DNA of 64,000 bases from an uncultured Methanosarcinales archaeon (lineage in GTDB: Archaea > Nanobdellota > Nanobdellia > Woesearchaeales > CAZYIM01): assembly GCA_964647565.1 (NCBI GenBank), contig CAZYIM010000007.1, positions 20,732-84,731 on the forward strand, given 5' to 3'. Positions 54,265-62,628 of the stretch are shown one piece after another. Positions within the stretch are counted from its first letter, which is position 1. Each line of letters opens with the position of its first letter. The notes beneath the pieces were generated by a model. That model had not been told where the DNA came from, made no database searches, and saw only the letters and a list, made by a program, of their open reading frames with translations. Both the position numbers and the translations under genes were made by a program.

Positions 54265-55425
54265 ATGACCACGAACTGGGAAAAACATAGAAAAATAGAT
54301 AAAATATTCAAATATCTTACCAATGTTTTCATGGCAGGATTTGTTGGATATATGTCATACCTAGGAATAACAAATAAAAAGCAGACTCTCGAAAGACAAG
54401 AAAACTGCATGCAGGTAATAACTGAAAATGTTCCAGTACTAGAGGACATATTAACAGAAGAGTTCTCATTCATAGAGACGATTGATGCTCCAAGTGTAAA
54501 TAATACTCTTGATAAGGCTGTTGAAGAAAAAGAAGCACTCAAGATATACAGCAATTCGATTATCCCGCTAATGAAGGAAGAGATGGGCTCTGTTATTGAA
54601 AAGGATTCTATCCAAGTCCGTTTTATGAACGGTGAAGTTGATCCTATAAATTCATTCTACGGATTTGCACAATACCTCGGAGGTTTTATTGGTTTGTGCG
54701 GATTATTTAGTCTTGGCTTAGGATTCAAGAAAATAAAGCCAAAGGAGTTTATACATGAAGGCCAAACCTATATAATCCAACCTCCGAATTTAAAGGTTCT
54801 CGGCGGTTTGATGCTTTTCGCAGGATATTTAATCGGAGCAACCGGAGTTTCAAATTATCGACAAGTAAGCAAAGCCACACTTTCTAAAAATGGTAACTAT
54901 GCAATATATCTCCAGGCTGACGACCGATGGAAGGAAAGACACACCCTAAGCATAGTCCTGGCCCACGAAATCAGCCATATACATCTTCATGATCAAACAG
55001 AAATATGGCCCGCTGACTATGGAGCTGCATTTCACGAAGGTTTTGCAAGATCCGTCCAGACAGATGTTGCAAAAAGAGCATATGAGCAAACCAATCAGCA
55101 AGATTTTGTATATTCCTCAATAAAAAATGAAATAGAAGAACTATATGGTATTTATCTGGATGCCTGTAAAAGAGAAGGAATTAAACCAAACAAGGACATT
55201 CAAAAAAAAGCAGAGGAATACGACTTAGATAAAAATGGAAAAATGTGGATGATAGATCAATTATTCACCATATATAGACAGTATCCTCCACATAATCTCG
55301 GAATCGCGCTCTGGAGAATTTCTGAAAAACTAGAAGGACAATCCCTTGCAGATGATGCAATTGTAAAAGGATATGATGCAGTGCCAATCTTTTCTCAGCT
55401 AACTAAAAATATTGATAAAAATTAA
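54265..55425 (+). CDS. Membrane-bound gluzincin-type zinc metallopeptidase-like protein (386 aa)
   Basis: LAHEISH followed by FHEGFA; three hydrophobic segments. Confidence 0.78.
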   Translation: MTTNWEKHRKIDKIFKYLTNVFMAGFVGYMSYLGITNKKQTLERQENCMQVITENVPVLEDILTEEFSFIETIDAPSVNNTLDKAVEEKEALKIYSNSIIPLMKEEMGSVIEKDSIQVRFMNGEVDPINSFYGFAQYLGGFIGLCGLFSLGLGFKKIKPKEFIHEGQTYIIQPPNLKVLGGLMLFAGYLIGATGVSNYRQVSKATLSKNGNYAIYLQADDRWKERHTLSIVLAHEISHIHLHDQTEIWPADYGAAFHEGFARSVQTDVAKRAYEQTNQQDFVYSSIKNEIEELYGIYLDACKREGIKPNKDIQKKAEEYDLDKNGKMWMIDQLFTIYRQYPPHNLGIALWRISEKLEGQSLADDAIVKGYDAVPIFSQLTKNIDKN

Positions 55426-55692
55426 ATTCTTGGCGGCAATTCCAGAAACCTGTATATCTCCTTTTTTTCTAGGATTAAGCGACACATGCCACTGTCCGGT
55501 TTTTTTCAATCTCAAAAGAAACTCCATTTTTATCAATTCATCAATAGCTTCACCCACAACCTTAGCACCTTTCAGATAACCCGGCAATCCTTTAACCAGA
55601 TTCTTCTCTTCTGTATGAGAAGCACCCCATTTATGCGGTTTCATGGCCATTAATTTCCTAAGAATCCTTTTCTGGATTGCAAGTGTATGCAT
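55399..55692 (-). CDS. Small basic archaeal wHTH/toxin-like protein (97 aa)
   Basis: KWGASHT..NL.KGLP...AI.ELIK...K.T...HVSLNP; TATA upstream. Confidence 0.7.
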   Translation of the reverse strand: MHTLAIQKRILRKLMAMKPHKWGASHTEEKNLVKGLPGYLKGAKVVGEAIDELIKMEFLLRLKKTGQWHVSLNPRKKGDIQVSGIAAKNLIFINIFS

Positions 55693-55823
55693 ATTTAAAG
55701 TTTCAATATAAGGTTTAAAAGAATTAACAACAAATTTCCGGAAAAATTCTAAAAACCTCCATCTCGGAACATTAACGTACCAAAATAGAAAGTTTTAAAA
55801 ACATCTAAACTTCACAAAAGCAT

Positions 55824-56147
55824 ATGAAAGAAACAACAGTCTTCAGGCAAGCGCTTGGCGATTCCCCAGTAATACGTGTCTTAGATTTTCTGATTGAAGG
55901 AAGAGAACTGGACTATTCATTGACAGACATTGCAGAGAATGCCAACATCGGATGGACAACCCTGCACAGGATCTGGGACAACCTGGTAAAATTAAATATG
56001 GTCATTTTCACCCGGCAGATCGGAAAAGCCAAACTCTTCAAATTAAATGAAGAGAACCAAGTCATCAAAGATCTGATCAAACTATACGACACCCTCTTGA
56101 TCCAGGAAACAGAAAAAACCTTTCTAAAAAAGTCAAAGCAGTTGTAA
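55824..56147 (+). CDS. Winged-helix transcriptional regulator (107 aa)
   Basis: RVLDFL...DYSLTDIAENANIGWTTL...TRQIGKAKLFKLN; BRE/TATA at 55788-55800. Confidence 0.87.
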   Translation: MKETTVFRQALGDSPVIRVLDFLIEGRELDYSLTDIAENANIGWTTLHRIWDNLVKLNMVIFTRQIGKAKLFKLNEENQVIKDLIKLYDTLLIQETEKTFLKKSKQL

Positions 56148-56162
56148 GATAATATTTAATGA

Positions 56163-56244
56163 GGCAGCAACATTAGCGCAGACGCCATGTCTCATGGCGA
56201 GGTTTACACAGCAAACCGTTCTGCCTGCCAGCGGTGTTGCAGCC
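56163..56244. repeat. Intergenic multi-stem fold-back element
   Basis: GGCAGCAACA/TGTTGCAGCC outer stem, GCAGA/TCTGC, CGCCATG-tct-CATGGCG and GGTTT/AAACC. Confidence 0.68.
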
Positions 56245-56330
56245 GAATGTTCATTTCTCAAAAAACTTTTTCTTCATCTCTCCAAAAGCTTTATATAATT
56301 CAATCGACTACAACCTCTTCAGGTGGTTGT

Positions 56331-56675
56331 ATGAGGAAGAGAACTCGAGTTATTATAGTGCTAAGCTATGCAGTTTTAATTACCATTGCGTTCATTCTAT
56401 TACTGGCGTTTCGACAGAAGGAAGTTGTCTTTAAGGAGAAACTCATCTGCTTTGACTTCACTGCTGTGGACGACCTGGCTGAGTGCTACCAGAAACTGGG
56501 TATCAGGAAAGGACAGAAGACTGTTCTTGTCAATCTAACTGCAGTGGAGAACAGGTTCGGACAGGTGGAGCCGTTGCCAATCACCTCATCAGTGTTTCCT
56601 AATCAGAACTTACCCCAGAAGAAGGATGTTGTCGCAATGGTCAATGTAACTCTAAGACCTACAAATGAAAGATAA
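56331..56675 (+). CDS. Membrane-anchored hypothetical protein (114 aa)
   Basis: ATG at 56331 after an AGGTGG RBS and TTTATATAA; N-terminal TM; overlaps the next gene. Confidence 0.68.
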   Translation: MRKRTRVIIVLSYAVLITIAFILLLAFRQKEVVFKEKLICFDFTAVDDLAECYQKLGIRKGQKTVLVNLTAVENRFGQVEPLPITSSVFPNQNLPQKKDVVAMVNVTLRPTNER

Positions 56676-58164
56676 AAAAAATATTATTCTTGTAAGCCCG
56701 TTGTCAGGGCTCTATGATGCTGTCTATAAGACCATACCTCTTGCATTGCTCGCAGTCAGCAGGAACATTGACAGGGAGAAGTACAACATCATCCTTATTG
56801 ACCAGAAGATCCCTGGCTGGAAAAACAAGCTAAACAGAACTCTTAAACAGGATGCAGTGCTTGCAGGCATAACAGCGCTGACCGGCCACCAACTTTATTT
56901 CGGGTCATTGATCGCAAGGTATATGAAAAAGAAAAGGCCTGGCCTTAAGATTGTCTGGGGCGGCATCCACCCTACTTCTGCACCCATTGCAACACTGAAT
57001 GCTGATTTTGTTGACTTTGTGATCCTGGGAGAAGGCGAGGTTGTCTTTCCAAAACTAGTAGAAGCCCTGGCCAGCAAAAAGGATGTTTCAATTATTGACG
57101 GCATCGGCCACAAGGAAGGCGGACTGGTCAAGATCAATCCAAGGAAAGAGTTTGTCAACATCAAAAAGTTGAATGATCCCCCATATGATCTGATCAACAT
57201 CCCAGACTATCTTGACAGAATGGATGAAAGGGAGTTTCATATCGAGAGCTCAAGGGGTTGTGTTTTTGACTGCAGTTTCTGTTACAATCCAGTCTATAAC
57301 AAGGGCTGCTGGCGGCCAAGAGATGCCAAGGTATTGTATGACAACATGTTGCATCTTCATGAAAGTTTCGGTATCAGCAATTTCTTTATCATCGATGACA
57401 GCTTCCTTATATCAATGAAAAGGATCAAGGAATTCATCAAGCTGATGAAAAAATCAACCATGCAAGTCAAGTGGTCATGCGAAGCCAATCTGGCAATGCT
57501 CAACAGGCTTGACCAAAAGACAATTGCAGAGCTAAAGGAAATCGGCCTGAACTGGATATCAATCGGGGTTGAATCAGGCTCTGGAAGGATAAGAAAACTG
57601 CTGGCTAAGCAGTTTGACGTTAAGAACCTGTTCGAATTCAACAAGCGCATTGCCAAGTTCAGCATCAATATCAGGTATAACCTTATGACAGGCACGCCCT
57701 GGGAGAAAAAAGCAGACCTGGTCAAGACAGCCAAGATATGCCTAAAGCTGATAAGAGAAAATCCTCATGCCATGATCCAGCCCATCTACATAACTGTTCC
57801 TTATCCAGGCACCAACTATCTAAAGACCTGCAAGGAGTTTGGCTTCAAGGAACCCGCAAGCTTCCAAGGCTGGACTGAGTTTGATCCGATGAGTGTTGGC
57901 AACCTGCTGCCCTGGTTTAAGGGTAGGAATAAAAAGATGTTCGAATTTTTAATGTTTGCATCATTCTTCATAGACAAGAAACTTGATTTCCATCTGCCAA
58001 ACTCATTCTATGGAAAAAGCATCAAACTCTTGACCACTATCTACAGGCCTATAGCAGTCTTTCGGTTCAGGCATTTCATCTACTGGCCGTTTCCCGAAGG
58101 GCTCTTGATAAAATTTATAAACCATCTTCACAGACTATCTGTTCGAAGGGAGATGAGATTATGA
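56665..58164 (+). CDS. B12-binding-domain radical SAM protein (class B methyltransferase-like)
   Basis: WGGIHPT, GEGE, SSRGCVFDCSFC, DDSF, GVESGS and PYPGT. Confidence 0.94.
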   Translation: MKDKKNIILVSPLSGLYDAVYKTIPLALLAVSRNIDREKYNIILIDQKIPGWKNKLNRTLKQDAVLAGITALTGHQLYFGSLIARYMKKKRPGLKIVWGGIHPTSAPIATLNADFVDFVILGEGEVVFPKLVEALASKKDVSIIDGIGHKEGGLVKINPRKEFVNIKKLNDPPYDLINIPDYLDRMDEREFHIESSRGCVFDCSFCYNPVYNKGCWRPRDAKVLYDNMLHLHESFGISNFFIIDDSFLISMKRIKEFIKLMKKSTMQVKWSCEANLAMLNRLDQKTIAELKEIGLNWISIGVESGSGRIRKLLAKQFDVKNLFEFNKRIAKFSINIRYNLMTGTPWEKKADLVKTAKICLKLIRENPHAMIQPIYITVPYPGTNYLKTCKEFGFKEPASFQGWTEFDPMSVGNLLPWFKGRNKKMFEFLMFASFFIDKKLDFHLPNSFYGKSIKLLTTIYRPIAVFRFRHFIYWPFPEGLLIKFINHLHRLSVRREMRL

Positions 58165-58727
58165 TAGTCAAGCAGTTCAAGATCGGGGAGATGCAGAACC
58201 TTTGCTATGTCGTGGCTGATGAAAAATCAAAAGAAGCCATGATAATTGACCCTGGCTGGGATTCTGAAAAGATCATGAAAGAGTCTAAAGGCTTCAAGAT
58301 CAAGTATATTGTGTTGACGCACAGCCATTTTGACCATATCGGCGCCAAGAGGACCATCCAGAAGCAGACAGGAGCAGAGCTGGTGGGCCATTCTCGCAAT
58401 CCCTACGCTGAAAAAAAGGTTGATGACGGCGACTTCCTAAAACTCGGAAGGAAGAAGGTTGAGGTGCTCTACACGCCAGGCCACTCAGATGATTCTATCT
58501 GCCTATTGACAGACAAGATGCTGTTCTCAGGCGACACAGTCTTTAGCCAGGGCTTTGGCAGGACAGACTTAAGGGGAGGGAATAGGGAGCAGATGGTGCA
58601 GAGCATCAAGCGGATACTAAAACTACCTCCGAACACTATTGTATATCCAAGCCATGACTATGGCGGCAAAGAGACCGCTATCCTTGATGTTGCAAAAAGA
58701 GTAGAAGTTGATCTGGAAAATATATGA
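58161..58727 (+). CDS. Metallo-beta-lactamase-fold hydrolase (glyoxalase II-like)
   Basis: THSHFDHIG, TPGHS, SGD, GRTD and PSH; ATGA overlap. Confidence 0.93.
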   Translation: MIVKQFKIGEMQNLCYVVADEKSKEAMIIDPGWDSEKIMKESKGFKIKYIVLTHSHFDHIGAKRTIQKQTGAELVGHSRNPYAEKKVDDGDFLKLGRKKVEVLYTPGHSDDSICLLTDKMLFSGDTVFSQGFGRTDLRGGNREQMVQSIKRILKLPPNTIVYPSHDYGGKETAILDVAKRVEVDLENI

Positions 58728-58733
58728 TTGTTC

Positions 58734-59153
58734 TTAGGATACAGAGTTCTGATCAGGCCCATCCAAACCAAATTTCTTGAGCAGTTCATGATAGAACAGT
58801 TCATCATCCTCAATAGAGATAGCCAGGGATTCCATGGGGCATACAGAACTTTGGTCTTTGGTCAGGATGTTATCGACAAGATCGTCCGCTTCAAGCTCAA
58901 CGCCATTTTCAGACAGCCAATCCTGTGCAAGACGTGAAGCCAAAGGTGTCTTGACTTTGCTGGCAAGTCCTGAAAAAACAATCAATCTTGCAGCAGCCAA
59001 GCCTACAACCTTATCATGGAAAGTGCAACCTCTAAACTTTGATCTGAACTGGATGACACACTCCAGCAAGGGACGCAGCCCTGGTTTTGAAGAAGAAAAA
59101 ATATTATTGTCATCCTTTGCCAATATCAAAGAGCAATCCTTAAGATCTAACAT
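58734..59153 (-). CDS. DUF1893 (TM1506-like) protein
   Basis: GLRPLL, DKVVGLAAA and CPME motifs. Confidence 0.85.
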   Translation of the reverse strand: MLDLKDCSLILAKDDNNIFSSSKPGLRPLLECVIQFRSKFRGCTFHDKVVGLAAARLIVFSGLASKVKTPLASRLAQDWLSENGVELEADDLVDNILTKDQSSVCPMESLAISIEDDELFYHELLKKFGLDGPDQNSVS

Positions 59154-59644
59154 CTTATTGATCTTTTTACTGGCCTCGAAAGATAGCTGGAAATTGCCGC
59201 CCAGATAACATTAGAGACAGCCAGTGCCAAGACTAACCTCAGGATAACAGATACAGGCATATGAACCAGATAATAATCTGTGACAACTAACCACGGAAGC
59301 TGGATCAAAAACGCAATCATAACTGCAGCAATAGCAGGCAGTCTTTTTCTAAAAAACCATCCTGCAAAAAATCCCAGAAGCACATTACCAACAATCAGGT
59401 ACGGATTCTGCATCAGAAAAGCAGCGTACAACGAACCAACAAGACCTGAAATCGCTCCACCTTTAGGCCCGTAAATAAAAGCAGCCATAAAGATCGCAAA
59501 CTGGAAAAGATGGATCTTAAACCCCCATGGAGTAGCCAGGTTGATCAAGCCAAGCAAGTTGGGCAGTATAAGCAAAACTGCAAAAAGGGTTATTGCTCGA
59601 TAGTTCCACTTTACATTGAACGAGAAAATGTTTTGGTTTATCAT
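59147..59644 (-). CDS. ECF-transporter S-component-like membrane protein
   Basis: ~6 TM helices with A..YGP..G...G motif; overlaps the DUF1893 start. Confidence 0.72.
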   Translation of the reverse strand: MINQNIFSFNVKWNYRAITLFAVLLILPNLLGLINLATPWGFKIHLFQFAIFMAAFIYGPKGGAISGLVGSLYAAFLMQNPYLIVGNVLLGFFAGWFFRKRLPAIAAVMIAFLIQLPWLVVTDYYLVHMPVSVILRLVLALAVSNVIWAAISSYLSRPVKRSIRC

Positions 59645-59669
59645 AGAAACAATAGAAAAAAAATCAGCT

Positions 59670-60221
59670 TTAAATGTTTTTCTTTTTCAGTTCATCAAGA
59701 TTAGGGCTTTCATCAATCCTTTCAAAGATATCCTTTTCAAGCAGTCTTATAGGACCTTCGACTGCAGCCAGGATCTGATCAGCGCCAGGGTAACGCTTTT
59801 TCGCATATTCCAAACGTTCGTCAAAAGAGACAACCTCATCGTGATTGACCCTGCAGTCTGCATAAAGGACCAGCTTTTCCTCCCAGGTGTCAATAGGATT
59901 CTCCTCGTCAATAATAGAGGTCCATCGATGCTGAATGACCAGCCTTCCAAACTCAGGGTATCCAAGCTCTGCGAGTATGTCGCCGCCTCTCTGCCAATGC
60001 CTAACGCCAGTGGTCACTTCTTCCCACTTGGCAATATCATGAAGCAGGCAAGCTCGTTCCACCACATCCATGTCTATCTTTTCTCCTTTCTCAATCAGCT
60101 TTTTGCCAAGGTATAGGGCAACATTAGTAACCTGTAAAGAGTGCTTTATGATTATCTCCTGCTCTTTTGGGATCCGCTCTCTCAAAAGCCTCATGCATTC
60201 TTCTCTTGATGGGATTTTCAT
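59670..60221 (-). CDS. HD-domain phosphohydrolase
   Basis: HS..V, LLHDIAK, H...G, H and EEKLV.YAD. Confidence 0.92.
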   Translation of the reverse strand: MKIPSREECMRLLRERIPKEQEIIIKHSLQVTNVALYLGKKLIEKGEKIDMDVVERACLLHDIAKWEEVTTGVRHWQRGGDILAELGYPEFGRLVIQHRWTSIIDEENPIDTWEEKLVLYADCRVNHDEVVSFDERLEYAKKRYPGADQILAAVEGPIRLLEKDIFERIDESPNLDELKKKNI

Positions 60222-60281
60222 GATGATGCAGATTTAAAAGTGATATAAAAAACTTACGGAGAAAACAACAAAAGATTTCAA

Positions 60282-60308
60282 TAAGATTAAGTCTTACAGA
60301 GTCTTACA
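60282..60308. promoter_or_regulatory. Operator-like repeats directly upstream of the RHH gene
   Basis: AGTCTTACA twice (60290-60298, 60300-60308) plus an inverted TAAGA half-site at 60282. Confidence 0.55.
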
Positions 60309-60309
60309 A

Positions 60310-60573
60310 ATGGAATCAATAACCATCAAGATTCACGACGAGATGGCAAAAGAGATAGAAAAGTCCATCAAACCAGACTATGGCACCAAGACAGAGTTCA
60401 TAAGAGAAGCCATAAGGGATAAGTTAATGAAGCAAAGAGAACAACAGCTAAAAGAACATTTCATGAAATATTTTGGCAAATCAAAGAGAAAAACAACCAA
60501 TAAAGAGTTAAGGAGAATAAAGGAAAAGGTCGGGAGACAGTTTGCACAAGAGAGGGGAATGAAGCTAGATTAG
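60310..60573 (+). CDS. Ribbon-helix-helix (CopG/VapB-like) antitoxin/regulator
   Basis: ESITIKI...M...IE......Y.TKTEFIREAIRDKL. Confidence 0.86.
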   Translation: MESITIKIHDEMAKEIEKSIKPDYGTKTEFIREAIRDKLMKQREQQLKEHFMKYFGKSKRKTTNKELRRIKEKVGRQFAQERGMKLD

Positions 60574-60666
60574 TTCTTCAGGTTTGTAAGGTACACAAAT
60601 GCCTCTAAGGTCATTGAAGTGCTGGTCCCTTGTTACAAGGATAGCATCATTATTTCTAGCTAGAAT
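60565..60666 (-). pseudogene. C-terminal remnant of a PIN-domain (VapC) toxin
   Basis: Manual translation ILARNNDAILVTRDQHFNDLRGICVPYKPEELI*; no ATG before an in-frame stop at 60709-60711. Confidence 0.75.
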
Positions 60667-60791
60667 TTGCGGAGAGTTTACGGAAAAACTTAAGCAAGAA
60701 ATATAAAGCTATAATCTTATAACAAAATAACTGTTAATATCACAAAATTTAAATATTAATGCCATATTAATACAATATGAAGGTGATATTA

Positions 60792-61025
60792 ATGGTAAAA
60801 GCAATAATTGAGATAAAAAATGAAACTAACCGGGTGTTGAACATGATAAAAGCTAAATACGACCTGAAAGACAAATCAGAGGCCATAGACAAGATGGCAG
60901 AGCAATATGCCGAAGAGATAATGGAACCCGAACTCAGGCCTGAATATGAAAAAGAGCTTAAGAAGATCATCAAGGGCAAGCACATAAGCCATAAGGAGTT
61001 CATGAAGAGGCTGACAGATGTATAA
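60792..61025 (+). CDS. DUF2683-like antitoxin
   Basis: GGTGA RBS before the ATG at 60792; MVKAII.I....NRVLN.IKAKY.LKDKSEAI...EPELRPEY. Confidence 0.82.
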   Translation: MVKAIIEIKNETNRVLNMIKAKYDLKDKSEAIDKMAEQYAEEIMEPELRPEYEKELKKIIKGKHISHKEFMKRLTDV

Positions 61026-61284
61026 ATGTAAGGAGAGCGTCAGACTGCTTGAAAAGCTGATCATAGTCAAGAAGAAAAAACCAGAGCTGTTCAAGAGGAT
61101 CATGCAGAAGATAGAATGGATCCGAAGCAATCCAAAACACAGATACAAAAAACTTAGATATTCTATGAAAGGATTAAAAAGGATTCACATAGGCCATTTC
61201 GTTCTAATATTTTTGATAGATCATGAAAAAAAGATGATCTTATTTGAGGATTTTGATCATCACGATCACATCTATAAGAGATAG
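61018..61284 (+). CDS. RelE/ParE-superfamily toxin
   Basis: NP...YK.L...MKG.KRIHIGHFVL.F......I.F.DFDHHD.IY; 8-nt overlap with the antitoxin. Confidence 0.86.
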   Translation: MYKCKESVRLLEKLIIVKKKKPELFKRIMQKIEWIRSNPKHRYKKLRYSMKGLKRIHIGHFVLIFLIDHEKKMILFEDFDHHDHIYKR

Positions 61285-61315
61285 TTTTTTAAACAATTCT
61301 GTATTGCCCTTTCTT

Positions 61316-61882
61316 ATGAAAATCATAGGTATAAGCGGAAGTCCAAAGGACAGGAACAATTCAGCAGCCATTGACATGGCATTAGAGACAGCTCATAAAC
61401 GAGGCTTTGAGACCGAGAAAATCTCATTGGCGCATAAGAGGATCGGCTTTTGCGTTGACTGCAACAGTTGCGCAGGTAAAGACCACCAATGCATCATCAA
61501 GGATGACATGCAGAATTTCTATCCTATTCTTGAGCAGGCAGATGCACTGATAGTTGCAAGCCCAGTCTATTTCGGAACAATAAGCGGACAGTTAAAGGCG
61601 CTGATCGACAGGACACGGCCGACACGAAGAAAAGACTTTGCCCTCAAGGACAAGGTCGGCGCTGCAATTGCAATAGGCGCCAGCAGGAACGGAGGCCAGG
61701 AAACAACAATAGCAGCAATCCATCAATGGATGCACATCCAGGGCATGATAGTCGTCGCAGACAACGCCCATTTCGGAGGCACCGCAGTCAGCCCCTTTGA
61801 AGACGACAAAGAAGGCCAAAAGACAGTCAAGGATACAGCCAACAAAGTGTGCGATCTGTTGGAGAAGATCAGCAGTCAATAG
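61316..61882 (+). CDS. Iron-sulfur flavoprotein (flavodoxin/NADPH-FMN reductase family)
   Basis: MKIIGISGSP, CVDCNSC....C, SPVYFG and RNGGQE. Confidence 0.92.
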   Translation: MKIIGISGSPKDRNNSAAIDMALETAHKRGFETEKISLAHKRIGFCVDCNSCAGKDHQCIIKDDMQNFYPILEQADALIVASPVYFGTISGQLKALIDRTRPTRRKDFALKDKVGAAIAIGASRNGGQETTIAAIHQWMHIQGMIVVADNAHFGGTAVSPFEDDKEGQKTVKDTANKVCDLLEKISSQ

Positions 61883-62211
61883 TTGAATCTTCTTTTGTAC
61901 TGCTTATGGTCAAACCATTCTAGAATAATGCTCATAATCGTTATCTCGTCTGTTTCAATCGTGTAAATTAACCTCCATGAACTGGGCAAATTATACTTCC
62001 AAAGGTTGGTTATTCCATATTTCTTGATATATACCTTAGGCCATAGTTTCTTAGGGATCTTTATGCCGCAGTCAGGATCGCTTTTCAGAGCGTCCATAGC
62101 TAGGTCAATAGATTCATAAAGCGTCTGATTTTCGAATTTGCCATCTCTTAAGGCCTCAAATTTGTCTTTTAATTTTCTATTCATAAAAGCAATAGAAATC
62201 TTCTTTTTCAG
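61876..62211 (-). CDS. RelE-like toxin (archaeal family); start CTG 62211 or ATG 62184
   Basis: IPKKLWPK.Y...YGITNLWKYNLP..WRLIYTI....I..IILEWFDHK.Y.RRF.Y. Confidence 0.82.
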   Translation of the reverse strand: MKKKISIAFMNRKLKDKFEALRDGKFENQTLYESIDLAMDALKSDPDCGIKIPKKLWPKVYIKKYGITNLWKYNLPSSWRLIYTIETDEITIMSIILEWFDHKQYKRRFNY

Positions 62212-62480
62212 CGTACAACCAATCCTTCTGAGATGAGCTTCTTTATTCTTTGGGGGTTATGTGTCCAAATGATGACTCTGTCTTTAGCGACCAGTATCTT
62301 TCCTGACTGCTCTAGATAGTCGATGATGACGCAGAAGGTCTGGTACATCATCTTCTTGGGCAGGTGCTCCCAGAGGCTTCGCTTCTTGAACTCGCCGGAA
62401 TGCTTGCTTATGAACTCCTCCACCATCAGTACAGTATCCAGCTGCGGATAGTGCAAGATGTTTTTGGCTTTCTTAACCAT
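62208..62480 (-). CDS. Winged-helix antitoxin-like protein (90 aa)
   Basis: HYPQLDTVLMVE..I........LW..LPKKMMYQT...I.DYL..SGKI; ATG at 62480. Confidence 0.8.
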   Translation of the reverse strand: MVKKAKNILHYPQLDTVLMVEEFISKHSGEFKKRSLWEHLPKKMMYQTFCVIIDYLEQSGKILVAKDRVIIWTHNPQRIKKLISEGLVVR

Positions 62481-62486
62481 ATTGTT

Positions 62487-62628
62487 ATGCTGAGAGACGG
62501 TTCCAAAACAGGGGGCTTTAGCCCACAGATACAACACCGTCTCTGGCATCCTAAAAATTCGCCTGTCAAAGAGAGCGTCAAATCAAACTACGTGTTTAGT
62601 CCTAGTAGGACGCTCTGGCGAATTTTTA
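62487..62628 (-). other. Highly structured leader (two long stems) between the TATA box and the antitoxin start
   Basis: AGAGACGGT/ACCGTCTCT, GGGCT-tt-AGCCC, TAAAAATTCGCC/GGCGAATTTTTA and AGAGCGTC/GACGCTCT; TATA at 62647-62656. Confidence 0.68.

Noticed and set aside
56163..56244. tRNA or tRNA-like gene
   Set aside because: No T-loop GTTCRA, D-loop or 7-nt anticodon loop geometry on either strand.
21698..56244. Canonical integron attC sites
   Set aside because: The elements lack proper RYYYAAC/GTTRRRY boxes, are not arrayed between co-oriented cassettes, and no integrase is present. Kept only as a mechanistic analogy.
56187..56330. Cys-rich N-terminal extension of the 162-aa ORF (similarly the extended starts at 33923, 44460, 50874, 60777, 61244 and 62549)
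   Set aside because: The extensions run through promoters, palindromic elements or neighbouring genes; downstream ATGs have RBS/TATA support or family-typical N-termini.
58161..58727. True beta-lactamase
   Set aside because: Motifs fit the generic glyoxalase II-like MBL fold and there is no signal peptide.
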